From an uncultured Bacteroidaceae bacterium (GTDB taxonomy: Bacteria; CAIWAD01), in assembly GCA_964568855.1 (NCBI GenBank), contig CAZMSD010000015.1:15458-79457 (forward strand): DNA of 64,000 nt, given 5' to 3'. Position 1 is the stretch's first letter. Every line of letters begins with the position of its first letter. The position numbers were made by a program, and so were the translations under genes. The notes beneath the pieces are model-generated. The model was not told the DNA's origin. It was given only the letters and a program-made list of their open reading frames with translations, and made no database searches. This document shows positions 1-8,627 of the stretch, piece by piece.

Positions 1-1
1 C

Positions 2-346
2 TTCCTCGACCAGCCGGGCCGCCTGCCCTGGGGACAGGAATTCCGGCCCTGGATGGAAGCTGAAATGCTGCGCGCACGCAGGCCCACTTTCACGATCCGC
101 CTGGGCGCGGCGGATTCGGGAGACGGCCCGCGCACGGTCATGCATGTGTCACGCAGCGACTGCCTTCCGCACGACCGGTTCTACATCCCGGTACTGTTGC
201 GGTCGTCGGAGGGGAAGCTGAGCCTGCTCACGCTGGTCAGCAGCTCGAATGCTCAGCAATTCGAACTTCCGGGGGATCCCGGGCGACTGGGCGGCATCCG
301 CTTCGGACCGGGATCTTCACTGGCGGCGCGGATCAGGCGGCTCTGA
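2..346 (+). CDS. C-terminal fragment of a gene that begins upstream of the window; hypothetical protein
   Basis: The frame is open from position 2 into ORF 53..346. The TGA stop overlaps the ATG at 347 (ctcTGAATGaaa). Confidence 0.4.
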   Translation, partial: FLDQPGRLPWGQEFRPWMEAEMLRARRPTFTIRLGAADSGDGPRTVMHVSRSDCLPHDRFYIPVLLRSSEGKLSLLTLVSSSNAQQFELPGDPGRLGGIRFGPGSSLAARIRRL

Positions 347-1123
347 ATGAAACCGAAGCGGATCACAGCCCTGCTCATCCTGGTTTTCGCCGCGGCCGGA
401 TACTCGGACGATCGGGCCGATGGAGCCTGCGGGGCCGATTCGGACAGCCTGGCGATAGAGGCCTTTTTCCGCGAGTACGCCGCGGCTGCGTGTTCCCTGC
501 GGGCCTCAGGCGGGTCGACACTCGCCTCCCTGGGCAGCCTGCTGCTCGGGCGGCCCTTCGCCGCGGGCACCATGGTCGGTTCGCCCACGCAAAGAGAAGC
601 GCTGGTTTGCCGGGCGGATTCCCTGGATTGCATGTGCGCCCTCGACCTGGTACTCGCCGGCCGTCGGCCGGAAAACCTGGCCGCCTCGCTCAGGCGGCAG
701 CGCTACCGCGATGGGGCGGTGTCCTACGAAGACCGGCACCACTTCTTCACGGACTGGATTGATTCCGGTCCCCGGCTGCGGGATGCGTCCGCGGAGTTTC
801 CCGGCGCGCTGAAAGTACGCAAGCGGATCAACTGCCGCGGCGACGGCGGCAGGTGGATCCCCGGCCTTCCCTGCGTCGAGCGGGTGCTGCACCGCGTGCC
901 GCCCGGCCCGTCCACGCTGAAAGAGTTGCGCTCCGGGGACCTGGTGGGCTTCTGGTCCGACGCCGATGGCCTGGACGTATCACACGTGGGACTGATCCGG
1001 ATCGACGGGGGCGAGGTCATGCTGCTGCACGCGTCCAGCGACTCGGGGCGGGTAGTCGATGAGGCCCTCGTGGAACACCCGCTGTGGCCGCGGGGGCTGA
1101 TCGTGCTGCGGGCGGATGAGTAG
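347..1123 (+). CDS. hypothetical secreted protein with an N-terminal signal peptide
   Basis: 258-aa ORF starting MKPKRITALLILVFAAAGYS (signal-like). Coupled to the upstream ORF. No recognisable catalytic motif. Confidence 0.5.
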   Translation: MKPKRITALLILVFAAAGYSDDRADGACGADSDSLAIEAFFREYAAAACSLRASGGSTLASLGSLLLGRPFAAGTMVGSPTQREALVCRADSLDCMCALDLVLAGRRPENLAASLRRQRYRDGAVSYEDRHHFFTDWIDSGPRLRDASAEFPGALKVRKRINCRGDGGRWIPGLPCVERVLHRVPPGPSTLKELRSGDLVGFWSDADGLDVSHVGLIRIDGGEVMLLHASSDSGRVVDEALVEHPLWPRGLIVLRADE

Positions 1124-1153
1124 ATAGAGCGGGGATTGGGCAAGGAGGTCGCG

Positions 1154-1621
1154 ATGCGGTACCTGGCGCTGTTGCGGCATGGTGACACCGAGGGCAGGGG
1201 ACTTTCGCACCACGGCCGCATGCAGGCCGAGACCCTGGGTCTGCAGCTGTTGCGGCTGGAGCTCTCCGCCGAACGGGTGAGCGTGGTTACTTCGCCGGCC
1301 TTGCGGGCGCGGCAGACCGCTGCGCTGGTGGGAAAACTGCTCGGGATTCATCGCTGCGCCCGGGATCCCCGCCTCTGGAGCGGCCCGGGAGGGCACGAGC
1401 GCAGCTACGATCTGGACAGCGGGGAGTTGCTCGAATCGCTGGACTCGCCGGACGGGAATCCGGAACTGCTCGTGCTTGTAACACACATGGAAATCTGCCA
1501 GGACCTACCGCCGCGGCTGGTGGAGCGCTATGGTTCCCAGGGTCCTGCGGTAACGTACATCGGCCGCGGTTGCGGAGTGCTCTACGACCTGAAGCGCGGG
1601 ACGCACGCGCTTATTGGATAG
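1154..1621 (+). CDS. sixA: histidine phosphatase family protein (SixA-like phosphohistidine phosphatase)
   Basis: RHG motif (LLRHGDTEG) near the N-terminus, about 155 aa. An AAGGAGG Shine-Dalgarno sits 6 nt before ATG 1154; the track ORF begins at 1136. Confidence 0.6.
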   Translation: MRYLALLRHGDTEGRGLSHHGRMQAETLGLQLLRLELSAERVSVVTSPALRARQTAALVGKLLGIHRCARDPRLWSGPGGHERSYDLDSGELLESLDSPDGNPELLVLVTHMEICQDLPPRLVERYGSQGPAVTYIGRGCGVLYDLKRGTHALIG

Positions 1622-3851
1622 TCTCCAGGGCCAGTCTGAAACCGACGTCGGCGGCGCGATACTCCAGTGGATAGGGCGCGGAACCGCCCGAACCGCGCAG
1701 CCAGGATGCGCCCGCGGCCAGCGGACCTGCGGGGCCGATCACCCATTCGCGGACTCCTCCCGTCGGGCGCTGCGCCCTGGGTCCGTTTCCCGATTTCTCG
1801 TCCATCACGACCAGGGCGGCTTGCGGCAGGATTCTCGAAGCTGTTACGGTCCCGGCGGGTGGGTTATCTCCGGCGCGGGCGCCGAGTGCTTTTTCCAGGT
1901 CCGCGAACTCTTCCTCCCGCAGCAGTCGATAGCAATCCCGGGCCTTCGTTTCCACGCCCAGATCGAGATCATATGCCGCGGATCTTCCCTCGCGCCGGTT
2001 CAGCCAGTCGCAGTAGGCCATCGCTTCCCGGGGACTCAGGTTGACCATCGGCAGTTCGGGACGCTCGAAATAATCCTCGAGCCCCTCGACGGGCAGCCGG
2101 GGGGGAAAGTCGCGCCCGCTGTCCCGGCAATACATCCGGTATTCCGCCACGCTGACTTCCCGTTGTGATACAGACAGGTTCTCCAGCGCGATCCAGGAGT
2201 CGTTGAGCCCGCTGACGGCGGCCCTGAGAGCGGGCGTCCAGCCGGAGCTGCGCCAGGTGCAGGCGCCGCGCGCGAAGTACTCCAGCAGAACCTGGGAAGG
2301 TGGACGGCGATCCACCAGTGCTCCCGCGCTCCAGTCCGCCCGAAGCAGCAGGCTGTCCCCGCCGGCCACGCGCAGCACCTCGACCCGGTCACGCAGCCAG
2401 GAATCCTCCGTGGCCCAGCTCAGGCGTACTCCCTTACCCGCCAGGTCGATCCTCAGATCGCCGGGCGGGCCCGGTTCGAGGCCCACGACCTTCCAGGGCG
2501 ACCATTCGCTCAGGCGATCCCCGTTCCGGGATCTCCAACGGCATTCGAATCTCCGGGTATCCGGCAGCGGCCGCAGCAGGTGGAACGCTGCAAAGACGCC
2601 GCGCGTCGCCCGTTCGGCCCGGCGGCAATCGATCTCCCAGGTCTCGGTCCATCCGCCGGGATCCGGCAACTCCGCCCGGATCAGCGTATCACCGGACGAA
2701 CTGAATACGAGCTCGAGGGGCGGCCGCCAGCGCAGGTCCACGCGGCCGGTCCAGACCGCCTTCCTCGCGCCTGCATCCCGGGCAAGCAGCTGGATCCACA
2801 AGGGTTTGAGCGGCAGGTCCCGCAACAGCACCGCGTTTCGGCTGAGAGAACCGCCTCCCGTGCTTCCTCGCCTGCCGAGCCACAGGATCTCGGTCTCCGC
2901 GGGAATCCGTCCTTCGGGGAAGACCAGCTCCAGTTCGCCGGGCGCCGGACGGTCCATCCGAGGCTCGAGAGATCGATCGCGGACTTCCCAGAGAATCGGC
3001 AAGGATCGGCTTCCCTGTTGGTCCCTGGAGGCCACGAGCAGCTCGCCGGGTGGTCCGAAAGCGACCATGTAGCGCGGTTGCTCGCCCCCCAGGGGCCGCA
3101 ACTCGGCCTCTCCGCGCAGCAGCAGCGGAACGCAGCCGGAGGGCAGTTCGAGCTCGATCCCTGAGGAATGGACGCTGAGCACTCGCGGCGGGGGTGGCAG
3201 GTCCGGAGCCTCGGGGAGCGCCAGTCCGGCGACACCCGCCGGCACTCCGGGCATCTCGCCGAGTTGATCCGCGGGAAGCGGATCCTCCCAGTCCCCCAGC
3301 CGAACCTCGCGGGCGCTTCCCGCCCACGAGACGGCAATCCGGTTCCAGTCCCCCGGCGGCAACTGGGCCCGGCCCTCCGCGGCGGGGAAGGTCAGCACCT
3401 CGCTCAGCCGGACGTCCCGATACAGGCTGACCCAAAGCCTGTCCAGCGGGCAGGCGGGCGGATCCCAATGCATCACATCGTCTTCCAGGCGCGGATTCAA
3501 TTCCGGCGGCCGGCGCGTCCAGATCCTCTCGGAACCGTAGACCGGCAGGCCGTTCTCAGGCTCGCGCCCGTGAAGCCGGAACCAGACCGTGCCCCCGGGC
3601 GGAGGTGCGGACCGGCGCAGCACGATTTCAGCGCCTGAATCTTCCAGGACCTGAACGGTGCGGAAACCCTCGCCCCGGTCCTCCTGCAGGGCGAAGAAGG
3701 AATCCGGGTCGATTCTGAGCAGCAGGCTGTCGCAGGAAACCGGTTCCACCCGGATCCGGCCGGTCCCGGGGGCTTCGTCGGCCGCGGCGGTCGTCGCGGC
3801 GAGCAGCAGGGCGCAGGCCAGGCCCGGGGCTCTCGGCGGGAGGGATTTCAT
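1611..3851 (-). CDS. secreted protein with a C-terminal FGE-sulfatase (SUMF1/GldJ-GldK-PorK family) domain
   Basis: 746 aa with signal peptide MKSLPPRAPGLACALLLAATTAAA. The C-terminus carries FGE-like motifs (PMVNLSPREAMAYCDWLN ... YRAADVGFRLA). The start overlaps the upstream gene stop by 4 nt. Confidence 0.6.
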   Translation of the reverse strand: MKSLPPRAPGLACALLLAATTAAADEAPGTGRIRVEPVSCDSLLLRIDPDSFFALQEDRGEGFRTVQVLEDSGAEIVLRRSAPPPGGTVWFRLHGREPENGLPVYGSERIWTRRPPELNPRLEDDVMHWDPPACPLDRLWVSLYRDVRLSEVLTFPAAEGRAQLPPGDWNRIAVSWAGSAREVRLGDWEDPLPADQLGEMPGVPAGVAGLALPEAPDLPPPPRVLSVHSSGIELELPSGCVPLLLRGEAELRPLGGEQPRYMVAFGPPGELLVASRDQQGSRSLPILWEVRDRSLEPRMDRPAPGELELVFPEGRIPAETEILWLGRRGSTGGGSLSRNAVLLRDLPLKPLWIQLLARDAGARKAVWTGRVDLRWRPPLELVFSSSGDTLIRAELPDPGGWTETWEIDCRRAERATRGVFAAFHLLRPLPDTRRFECRWRSRNGDRLSEWSPWKVVGLEPGPPGDLRIDLAGKGVRLSWATEDSWLRDRVEVLRVAGGDSLLLRADWSAGALVDRRPPSQVLLEYFARGACTWRSSGWTPALRAAVSGLNDSWIALENLSVSQREVSVAEYRMYCRDSGRDFPPRLPVEGLEDYFERPELPMVNLSPREAMAYCDWLNRREGRSAAYDLDLGVETKARDCYRLLREEEFADLEKALGARAGDNPPAGTVTASRILPQAALVVMDEKSGNGPRAQRPTGGVREWVIGPAGPLAAGASWLRGSGGSAPYPLEYRAADVGFRLALETIQ

Positions 3852-4570
3852 TTGCCCGGTGCGCCGACGTACACCGTGTCTACGACCTGGCTCTCGAGAA
3901 TCAGCAGGTCGTGCAGAACCTTATCGACGATGTAGGTGGTGTCCTGGCGCAACACTTCCACCACGTCCACCACGCGCCGTCTTTCCCTGACCGTTCCCAC
4001 GGGCAGGCCGCGGGCGTAGAGGCTGTCCGCCGTGTAATCCCAGACGCGGAAGAGCAGGCCCTCGCCGCCCATGTCGAGCGCCATCTCGAACTCGCCCTCG
4101 CCCAGGTTGTTGCGCGATGCTTCAAGCAGGTCGGCCAGCAGGGAAGCCACGGCGCGGTCGGCCTGCCGGAGCTCCCCCGCGGAGACGTCGCGCGGGGCGT
4201 GCAGTTCGCGGTTGGCCTCGAATTCCCAGTGGCGCATCCGCTCCTGCAGCTCCGCGCTCAGTGAGCGCAGCACGTGGATTCCGCCCTCCGGAAGAATGCG
4301 CAGGACGTCTCCCTCGCCGAATCCGTCGCCGCCCAGGTCGTGCAGCTCGAGTCTTTCGACGCCTGCCGGATCGACCGGAATCAATTGCTGGACCAGCAGT
4401 TCGCGTATTACACCCGGATCGGCGATGCCGGCCTCGAGATGCATCACGGGCCGGACAAGGGGCGCCTGCGCCTGCGCCGAACCGAAGCACAGCAGCGCCG
4501 CCAGGCAGGCGGCCCGGATCGCGCTTCGCCTGGCCGGGCCGAACCGCCCTGATCGGTTCGTTTCGCTCAT
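3848..4570 (-). CDS. hypothetical secreted protein
   Basis: An internal Met (MSETNRS..AACLAALLCFGSAQA) gives a signal peptide. ATGA overlap with the TPR gene stop at 4567. Confidence 0.5.
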   Translation of the reverse strand: MSETNRSGRFGPARRSAIRAACLAALLCFGSAQAQAPLVRPVMHLEAGIADPGVIRELLVQQLIPVDPAGVERLELHDLGGDGFGEGDVLRILPEGGIHVLRSLSAELQERMRHWEFEANRELHAPRDVSAGELRQADRAVASLLADLLEASRNNLGEGEFEMALDMGGEGLLFRVWDYTADSLYARGLPVGTVRERRRVVDVVEVLRQDTTYIVDKVLHDLLILESQVVDTVYVGAPGK

Positions 4571-6084
4571 CGCTTCAACTCCATGACCCGCTCCCATGAG
4601 CGCCGGGCTTCCGCGGCCCGATCCAGCCGCCGATAAACTTCGGTCAGCGCGGTGTGGATCTGGATCTGGTCGGCCCTGGTGCATTCGTGGTCCCTGTCAC
4701 AGCGATCCAGGGCGAGCTCCAGCCAGGTCAGTGCCTCCTTGGGACGGTTGATCAGCAGCGATCCGATTCGGGCCGCCAGCAGCGGGTAATAACGGTTGTC
4801 GCTGTCCACGGCCGCCAGGTACTGCTCGTAAGCCCGCAGAGGCTCCGCCGATTCGATCTCGGAGCCCAGGTTCAGCGTCATCAATCCTCGTGTGTCACGG
4901 ACCCGCCGGGCCAGGCTGTCGGGCAGCGACGCGGCGCGCGGATCCTCCAGCAGCTCGACCACACGGCCCAGGGCGAGTTCCTGCATCTCCAGCTTGTAGA
5001 ACTCCAGGTCCGCGAGGGCCAGCACGTTTCCGGCCAGCGCCTCGGACCGACGGCTGTTCTCGACGGCCTCCAGCAGGAGTTCGCGGGCCTCGATCTCGCG
5101 ACCCTGTTCGATCAGCTTCCAGGCCCGGTCGATGCGCAAGGCCTGGCTCAGGCTGCCGCCCGCGCGGTTGAGCCAGCGCCTGAGTTCGGCGATTTCCTTG
5201 AGTTCGCCCGCCGTCGCCAGGGGCTCCCACTCAGCCACGCTTTGCCTGAACACGTCCTCCCGGCCGGTGTCCATGGCCAGGCGCACGCGCTCCCTGAGGA
5301 TGAACACGAGGTGGCTGCGGCGACGCCCCACCGGACGTTCCGGACTGCCCCCCCGGTCCTCCCAGGCATAGGCGCGCAGGACGGACGCGGCCCTTCCGTA
5401 CTGCTCCAGCGCTTCGTCCTTTCTTCCCGTATCACGAAGCAGGTCCGCCAGATCCCAGTGCGCGAAATAGCTTGAAGGATCGAGCGCCAGCCGCTTGCGG
5501 ATCACCTCGATCGCCCGGTCGCGGTACTCGAGGCTGGCGTAGATCCGGCCCAGGTCCTCGAGCACGCCGCCCATGCTCTCGAGGACTCCGGCGTCCCATG
5601 GATTCGCCGCCAGGGCCTGCTCGAAGCGTCCCAGCGCCTCCACCAGCCGTCCGGCCACGCCGGTGCGGATTTCCTCGCGCAGGCCGGCGAGTTCGTCTAG
5701 ATCCATCTCGGAGGGATAGCGACCGCCCGTCAGGTCCAGCGCGTTCTGCATCTGCCTGAGCGCCTGCTCGTACAGGTCGAAGTAGGCCCGGGTGTCCGCG
5801 ACGGCCGAGCGGCGCAGCGAATCCAGCGCCAGCACGATCCAGGTCCGGTCCGCGATGGAGGCCCGGATCTCCTCGCCCTGGCGTTTCAATTCTTCGGCCA
5901 GCTCGCGCCGCTCGTCGTCCACCATGGCGCCCGACTCGCCGGCGGCGTCCCGCTCGGCCAGGATCCTGTCCGCGGTCCGCGTGATGCCCGGGGGGTCCCT
6001 GTCCTGGGCGTCCGCGGATGACGCGAGCAGGATCAGGACGGCCAGCAGCATCGCGGCCGGGCGAATCGTTCCGGTCCGGTTCAT
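4567..6084 (-). CDS. tetratricopeptide-repeat (TPR) protein, secreted
   Basis: Signal peptide MNRTGTIRPAAMLLAVLILLASSADA followed by repeated A/L/E/Y-rich TPR-like helices. Start codon overlaps the stop of the upstream gene (TAATG). Confidence 0.6.
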   Translation of the reverse strand: MNRTGTIRPAAMLLAVLILLASSADAQDRDPPGITRTADRILAERDAAGESGAMVDDERRELAEELKRQGEEIRASIADRTWIVLALDSLRRSAVADTRAYFDLYEQALRQMQNALDLTGGRYPSEMDLDELAGLREEIRTGVAGRLVEALGRFEQALAANPWDAGVLESMGGVLEDLGRIYASLEYRDRAIEVIRKRLALDPSSYFAHWDLADLLRDTGRKDEALEQYGRAASVLRAYAWEDRGGSPERPVGRRRSHLVFILRERVRLAMDTGREDVFRQSVAEWEPLATAGELKEIAELRRWLNRAGGSLSQALRIDRAWKLIEQGREIEARELLLEAVENSRRSEALAGNVLALADLEFYKLEMQELALGRVVELLEDPRAASLPDSLARRVRDTRGLMTLNLGSEIESAEPLRAYEQYLAAVDSDNRYYPLLAARIGSLLINRPKEALTWLELALDRCDRDHECTRADQIQIHTALTEVYRRLDRAAEARRSWERVMELKR

Positions 6085-6989
6085 TACAGACCCTCCAGGA
6101 ATTGCAGCAGCGTCGCGTGCAACGCTGCGGCGTCGTCCAGCCTGCTGTAACGCGCGATGATGGTCCGCGAGGCGCCTTCCCGGAACAGCTCGCCCCGCTT
6201 GAGCGACCTGAGCGCGCAGCCGTCGCCCGCCAGGACCATCACCAGCAGCTCGTCGCCCTTCTGCAGCAGCAGCGAAGCCTCTCCGGAGCCCTCCTCCAGG
6301 CAAAGGGTCGACTGCCAGCGATCGCGGCCCAGCATGATTTCCCCGCCCCTGGCCGGTTTCGCGCCGCAGCCCGCGAAGCGACGGAATTCGCCGCCGAGTT
6401 CCCGCACGGGCGATGCATGGTAATAGGCGACCAGCCGGTCCCAGTGGGTCGCCAGCTCGAGCCCCGGTTCTCCGCCCTCCCCAAGCGCCACGTCGCGCTC
6501 GGTGTCGAGCCGTCCGATCAGGGACCTGGAATCGCGCGTCCGGGTGTCCTCGGCCCGGGCCGGCAACTCGGGCAGGTCGGGCCGCTCGAACAGGCTCCGG
6601 TCGCCGAGTGTCACGCGGTTGTCGAAGCGCGAGCGATCTCTCCCGGGATCGCCTTCCAGGATGTCAAGCGCATCGCGGTCCCGGGCCAGACCCGGCAGGT
6701 AGCGCCGCTCCGGCGAATCGGCCGGCGACCTCTCCGTGACACGGGGCATGGCGCGCGGAATCCGCAGCTCCACGCGCTCGCGCATCCTTTCCCGCACGCG
6801 ATTCATGTGCGAAGGAGCCTGGTAGATCTGGCGGACCCAGGTCATCAATTCCGCGCCGGGGACTTCGACGCGCTGGGGGCGCTGGATCCTGAGCAGCGAG
6901 AGCGTCGAGTAGAACAGCAGCATCAGCAGCAGGCTGCCGCCCCATGCGATCTGCTGGATCCTGCCCCGGTTCAGTTCGAGACCGCTCAT
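6084..6989 (-). CDS. membrane-anchored protein, putative TonB-like energy transducer
   Basis: N-terminal transmembrane segment (IAWGGSLLLMLLFYSTLSLL), a charged Pro/Arg/Glu/Asp-rich linker and a C-terminal globular domain. Sits at the tonB position of the exbB-exbD-exbD-tonB-TPR arrangement. The start was verified as ATGA overlapping the exbD stop. Confidence 0.45.
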   Translation of the reverse strand: MSGLELNRGRIQQIAWGGSLLLMLLFYSTLSLLRIQRPQRVEVPGAELMTWVRQIYQAPSHMNRVRERMRERVELRIPRAMPRVTERSPADSPERRYLPGLARDRDALDILEGDPGRDRSRFDNRVTLGDRSLFERPDLPELPARAEDTRTRDSRSLIGRLDTERDVALGEGGEPGLELATHWDRLVAYYHASPVRELGGEFRRFAGCGAKPARGGEIMLGRDRWQSTLCLEEGSGEASLLLQKGDELLVMVLAGDGCALRSLKRGELFREGASRTIIARYSRLDDAAALHATLLQFLEGL

Positions 6990-7432
6990 GGCGACTCCGT
7001 CTCCCGCTCGGTATCCTTGATCCCGGCCTTGAATTCCAGGTTGCGATCGAGTTCGTAGAGCTCGCAGGCGTCCACCGCGTGAACAGCCGCCTGCACCGGC
7101 GCATCCGGCTCGACCTCTATATCCACGCCCGATAGTTCGTGCTGCTCCTTCAAGCGGCCCACCACAGCGGCCAGGGTGTCGGCTCCGGCGACTTCCCCGA
7201 GGCGCATCCGCAGTCCCAGCGAGCTCAACAGTTCCACCTGGAACTGCTCGCCGCCAGCCGCCGTGACCAGCAGTCGCCGCTCCTCCAGCCGCAGGGTGTC
7301 GAGAACGGCCTCCCACCCCGTGGGCAGCGGAATTCGCGTCCGCTCGTCGAGGTCGGCGATTCCCAGGAAGCCGATCAGGATGATCAGCACCACGTCGATC
7401 AGGCGTGTCACACTTCCCGCACGGACGTTCAT
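6986..7432 (-). CDS. exbD: biopolymer transport protein ExbD/TolR
   Basis: N-terminus RLIDVVLIILIGFLGIA is the typical ExbD/TolR transmembrane helix. 148 aa. Confidence 0.8.
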   Translation of the reverse strand: MNVRAGSVTRLIDVVLIILIGFLGIADLDERTRIPLPTGWEAVLDTLRLEERRLLVTAAGGEQFQVELLSSLGLRMRLGEVAGADTLAAVVGRLKEQHELSGVDIEVEPDAPVQAAVHAVDACELYELDRNLEFKAGIKDTERETESP

Positions 7433-7818
7433 GGGAACGCGATCTCCGTTTCCGGCCGCTCCAGCACTACTTCCAAGGCCACGGGCAGCTCCAGTCCGCG
7501 GCAGACGTTCAGCACCGCCGCAACTCCGGCGCCGGGCTGGTCCCGATCGACGCGCAGGCGCACGCGCTCGGAGCCCTGGGCCATGAATCCCGCCAGCACT
7601 TCCCGTAATCCCGCAGCATTGTCAGCCTCGACCCGGTCAGACCCGCAAATGAAGCCGCCCTCGGGCATGATTCCGACCACGATCCAGTCCTCGAAGTCGG
7701 GCGGCACGGCGGGCAGGTAAGCGGCCCGCGGCAGGTCGCGCTCGATGGAGCGGTCCACGTGGCTGATGGAAATGAAGCCGAAGAGCAGAATCAACACGAT
7801 GTCGATCAGCCTGATCAT
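7429..7818 (-). CDS. exbD: biopolymer transport protein ExbD/TolR (second copy)
   Basis: N-terminus MIRLIDIVLILLFGFISIS. 129 aa. 4-nt overlaps with both neighbouring genes. Confidence 0.8.
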   Translation of the reverse strand: MIRLIDIVLILLFGFISISHVDRSIERDLPRAAYLPAVPPDFEDWIVVGIMPEGGFICGSDRVEADNAAGLREVLAGFMAQGSERVRLRVDRDQPGAGVAAVLNVCRGLELPVALEVVLERPETEIAFP

Positions 7819-8624
7819 GCCTCGACCCTGTCACCGGCCCGCCGCTTGCGATCGATGTCCAGCGAGCCTTCCTGCAGCATGGCCTGCCTGATTTCAGTCA
7901 GCTTCTGGTATTGCCCGTCCAGCACGCCGTCGAAGTAATTGCGCACCAGGGTCAGTACGAGGTTCAGCAGCAGGCTGACGATGATGCCCACCAGGGTCGT
8001 GATCAGGGCCACTCCCATGCCGTGCAGGATCTTGTCCTTGTCCAGCGTGCCGCCGAAGAAGGTCTGAAACATGCCCAGGACGGTTCCCAGCAGGCCCAGC
8101 GCTCCGGCGCTGTCGGACAGGAAAGTCATCCAGTTCACGTAGGGCTTGAACCAGTCCTGGCGCACGGTCATGAAGCGCTCGATGTTCGCGCCCAGGCTGT
8201 CGTGGTTGCGCGAACTGATGAACTGGGCCAGCATGTCCCTGGCGCCCGCGGCCAGTTCGCTGGTGGGCTGCCCCTCCATGTCCGACAGCAGCTCGCGGGC
8301 GAGTTTGGCCCTGGCCGGCAGGCGGTGTATCACCTTGCTCCGACCGCGATCCACGTGCACCATCAGGACCCGCGCCACGCTGAGGGCGATTCCCACCAGT
8401 AGCAGTACGTAGATGGGATAGCAGATCCAGCCTCCCATCGCCAGAACATCCAGCACGGGGATGGACGCGGATTCCGCTCCCTGGGCCGCCGCCGCGGCCG
8501 GCAGGAGAGCGAGAACCAGCCCCGTTACAAGGCCCGGCGGAATTGGTGTGATTCCGGATCTCACGGCGGATCCTCCGTTCGTTTCGCAGGTCTCAGTCTT
8601 CATGTTAGCGCCCGTTGTTTGCAT
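7815..8624 (-). CDS. exbB: MotA/TolQ/ExbB proton-channel protein
   Basis: Transmembrane segments and the family motif LGLLGTVLGMFQTF. The N-terminal 40 aa resemble a signal peptide; an alternative start lies at 8603. Confidence 0.8.
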   Translation of the reverse strand: MQTTGANMKTETCETNGGSAVRSGITPIPPGLVTGLVLALLPAAAAAQGAESASIPVLDVLAMGGWICYPIYVLLLVGIALSVARVLMVHVDRGRSKVIHRLPARAKLARELLSDMEGQPTSELAAGARDMLAQFISSRNHDSLGANIERFMTVRQDWFKPYVNWMTFLSDSAGALGLLGTVLGMFQTFFGGTLDKDKILHGMGVALITTLVGIIVSLLLNLVLTLVRNYFDGVLDGQYQKLTEIRQAMLQEGSLDIDRKRRAGDRVEA

Positions 8625-8627
8625 CGC

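Noticed and set aside
8603-8624. Alternative exbB start at MKTETCE (8603) versus MQTTGANM (8624)
   Set aside because: Both are in frame and 7 aa apart and cannot be distinguished without an RBS or TSS. I kept the longer form and noted the alternative.
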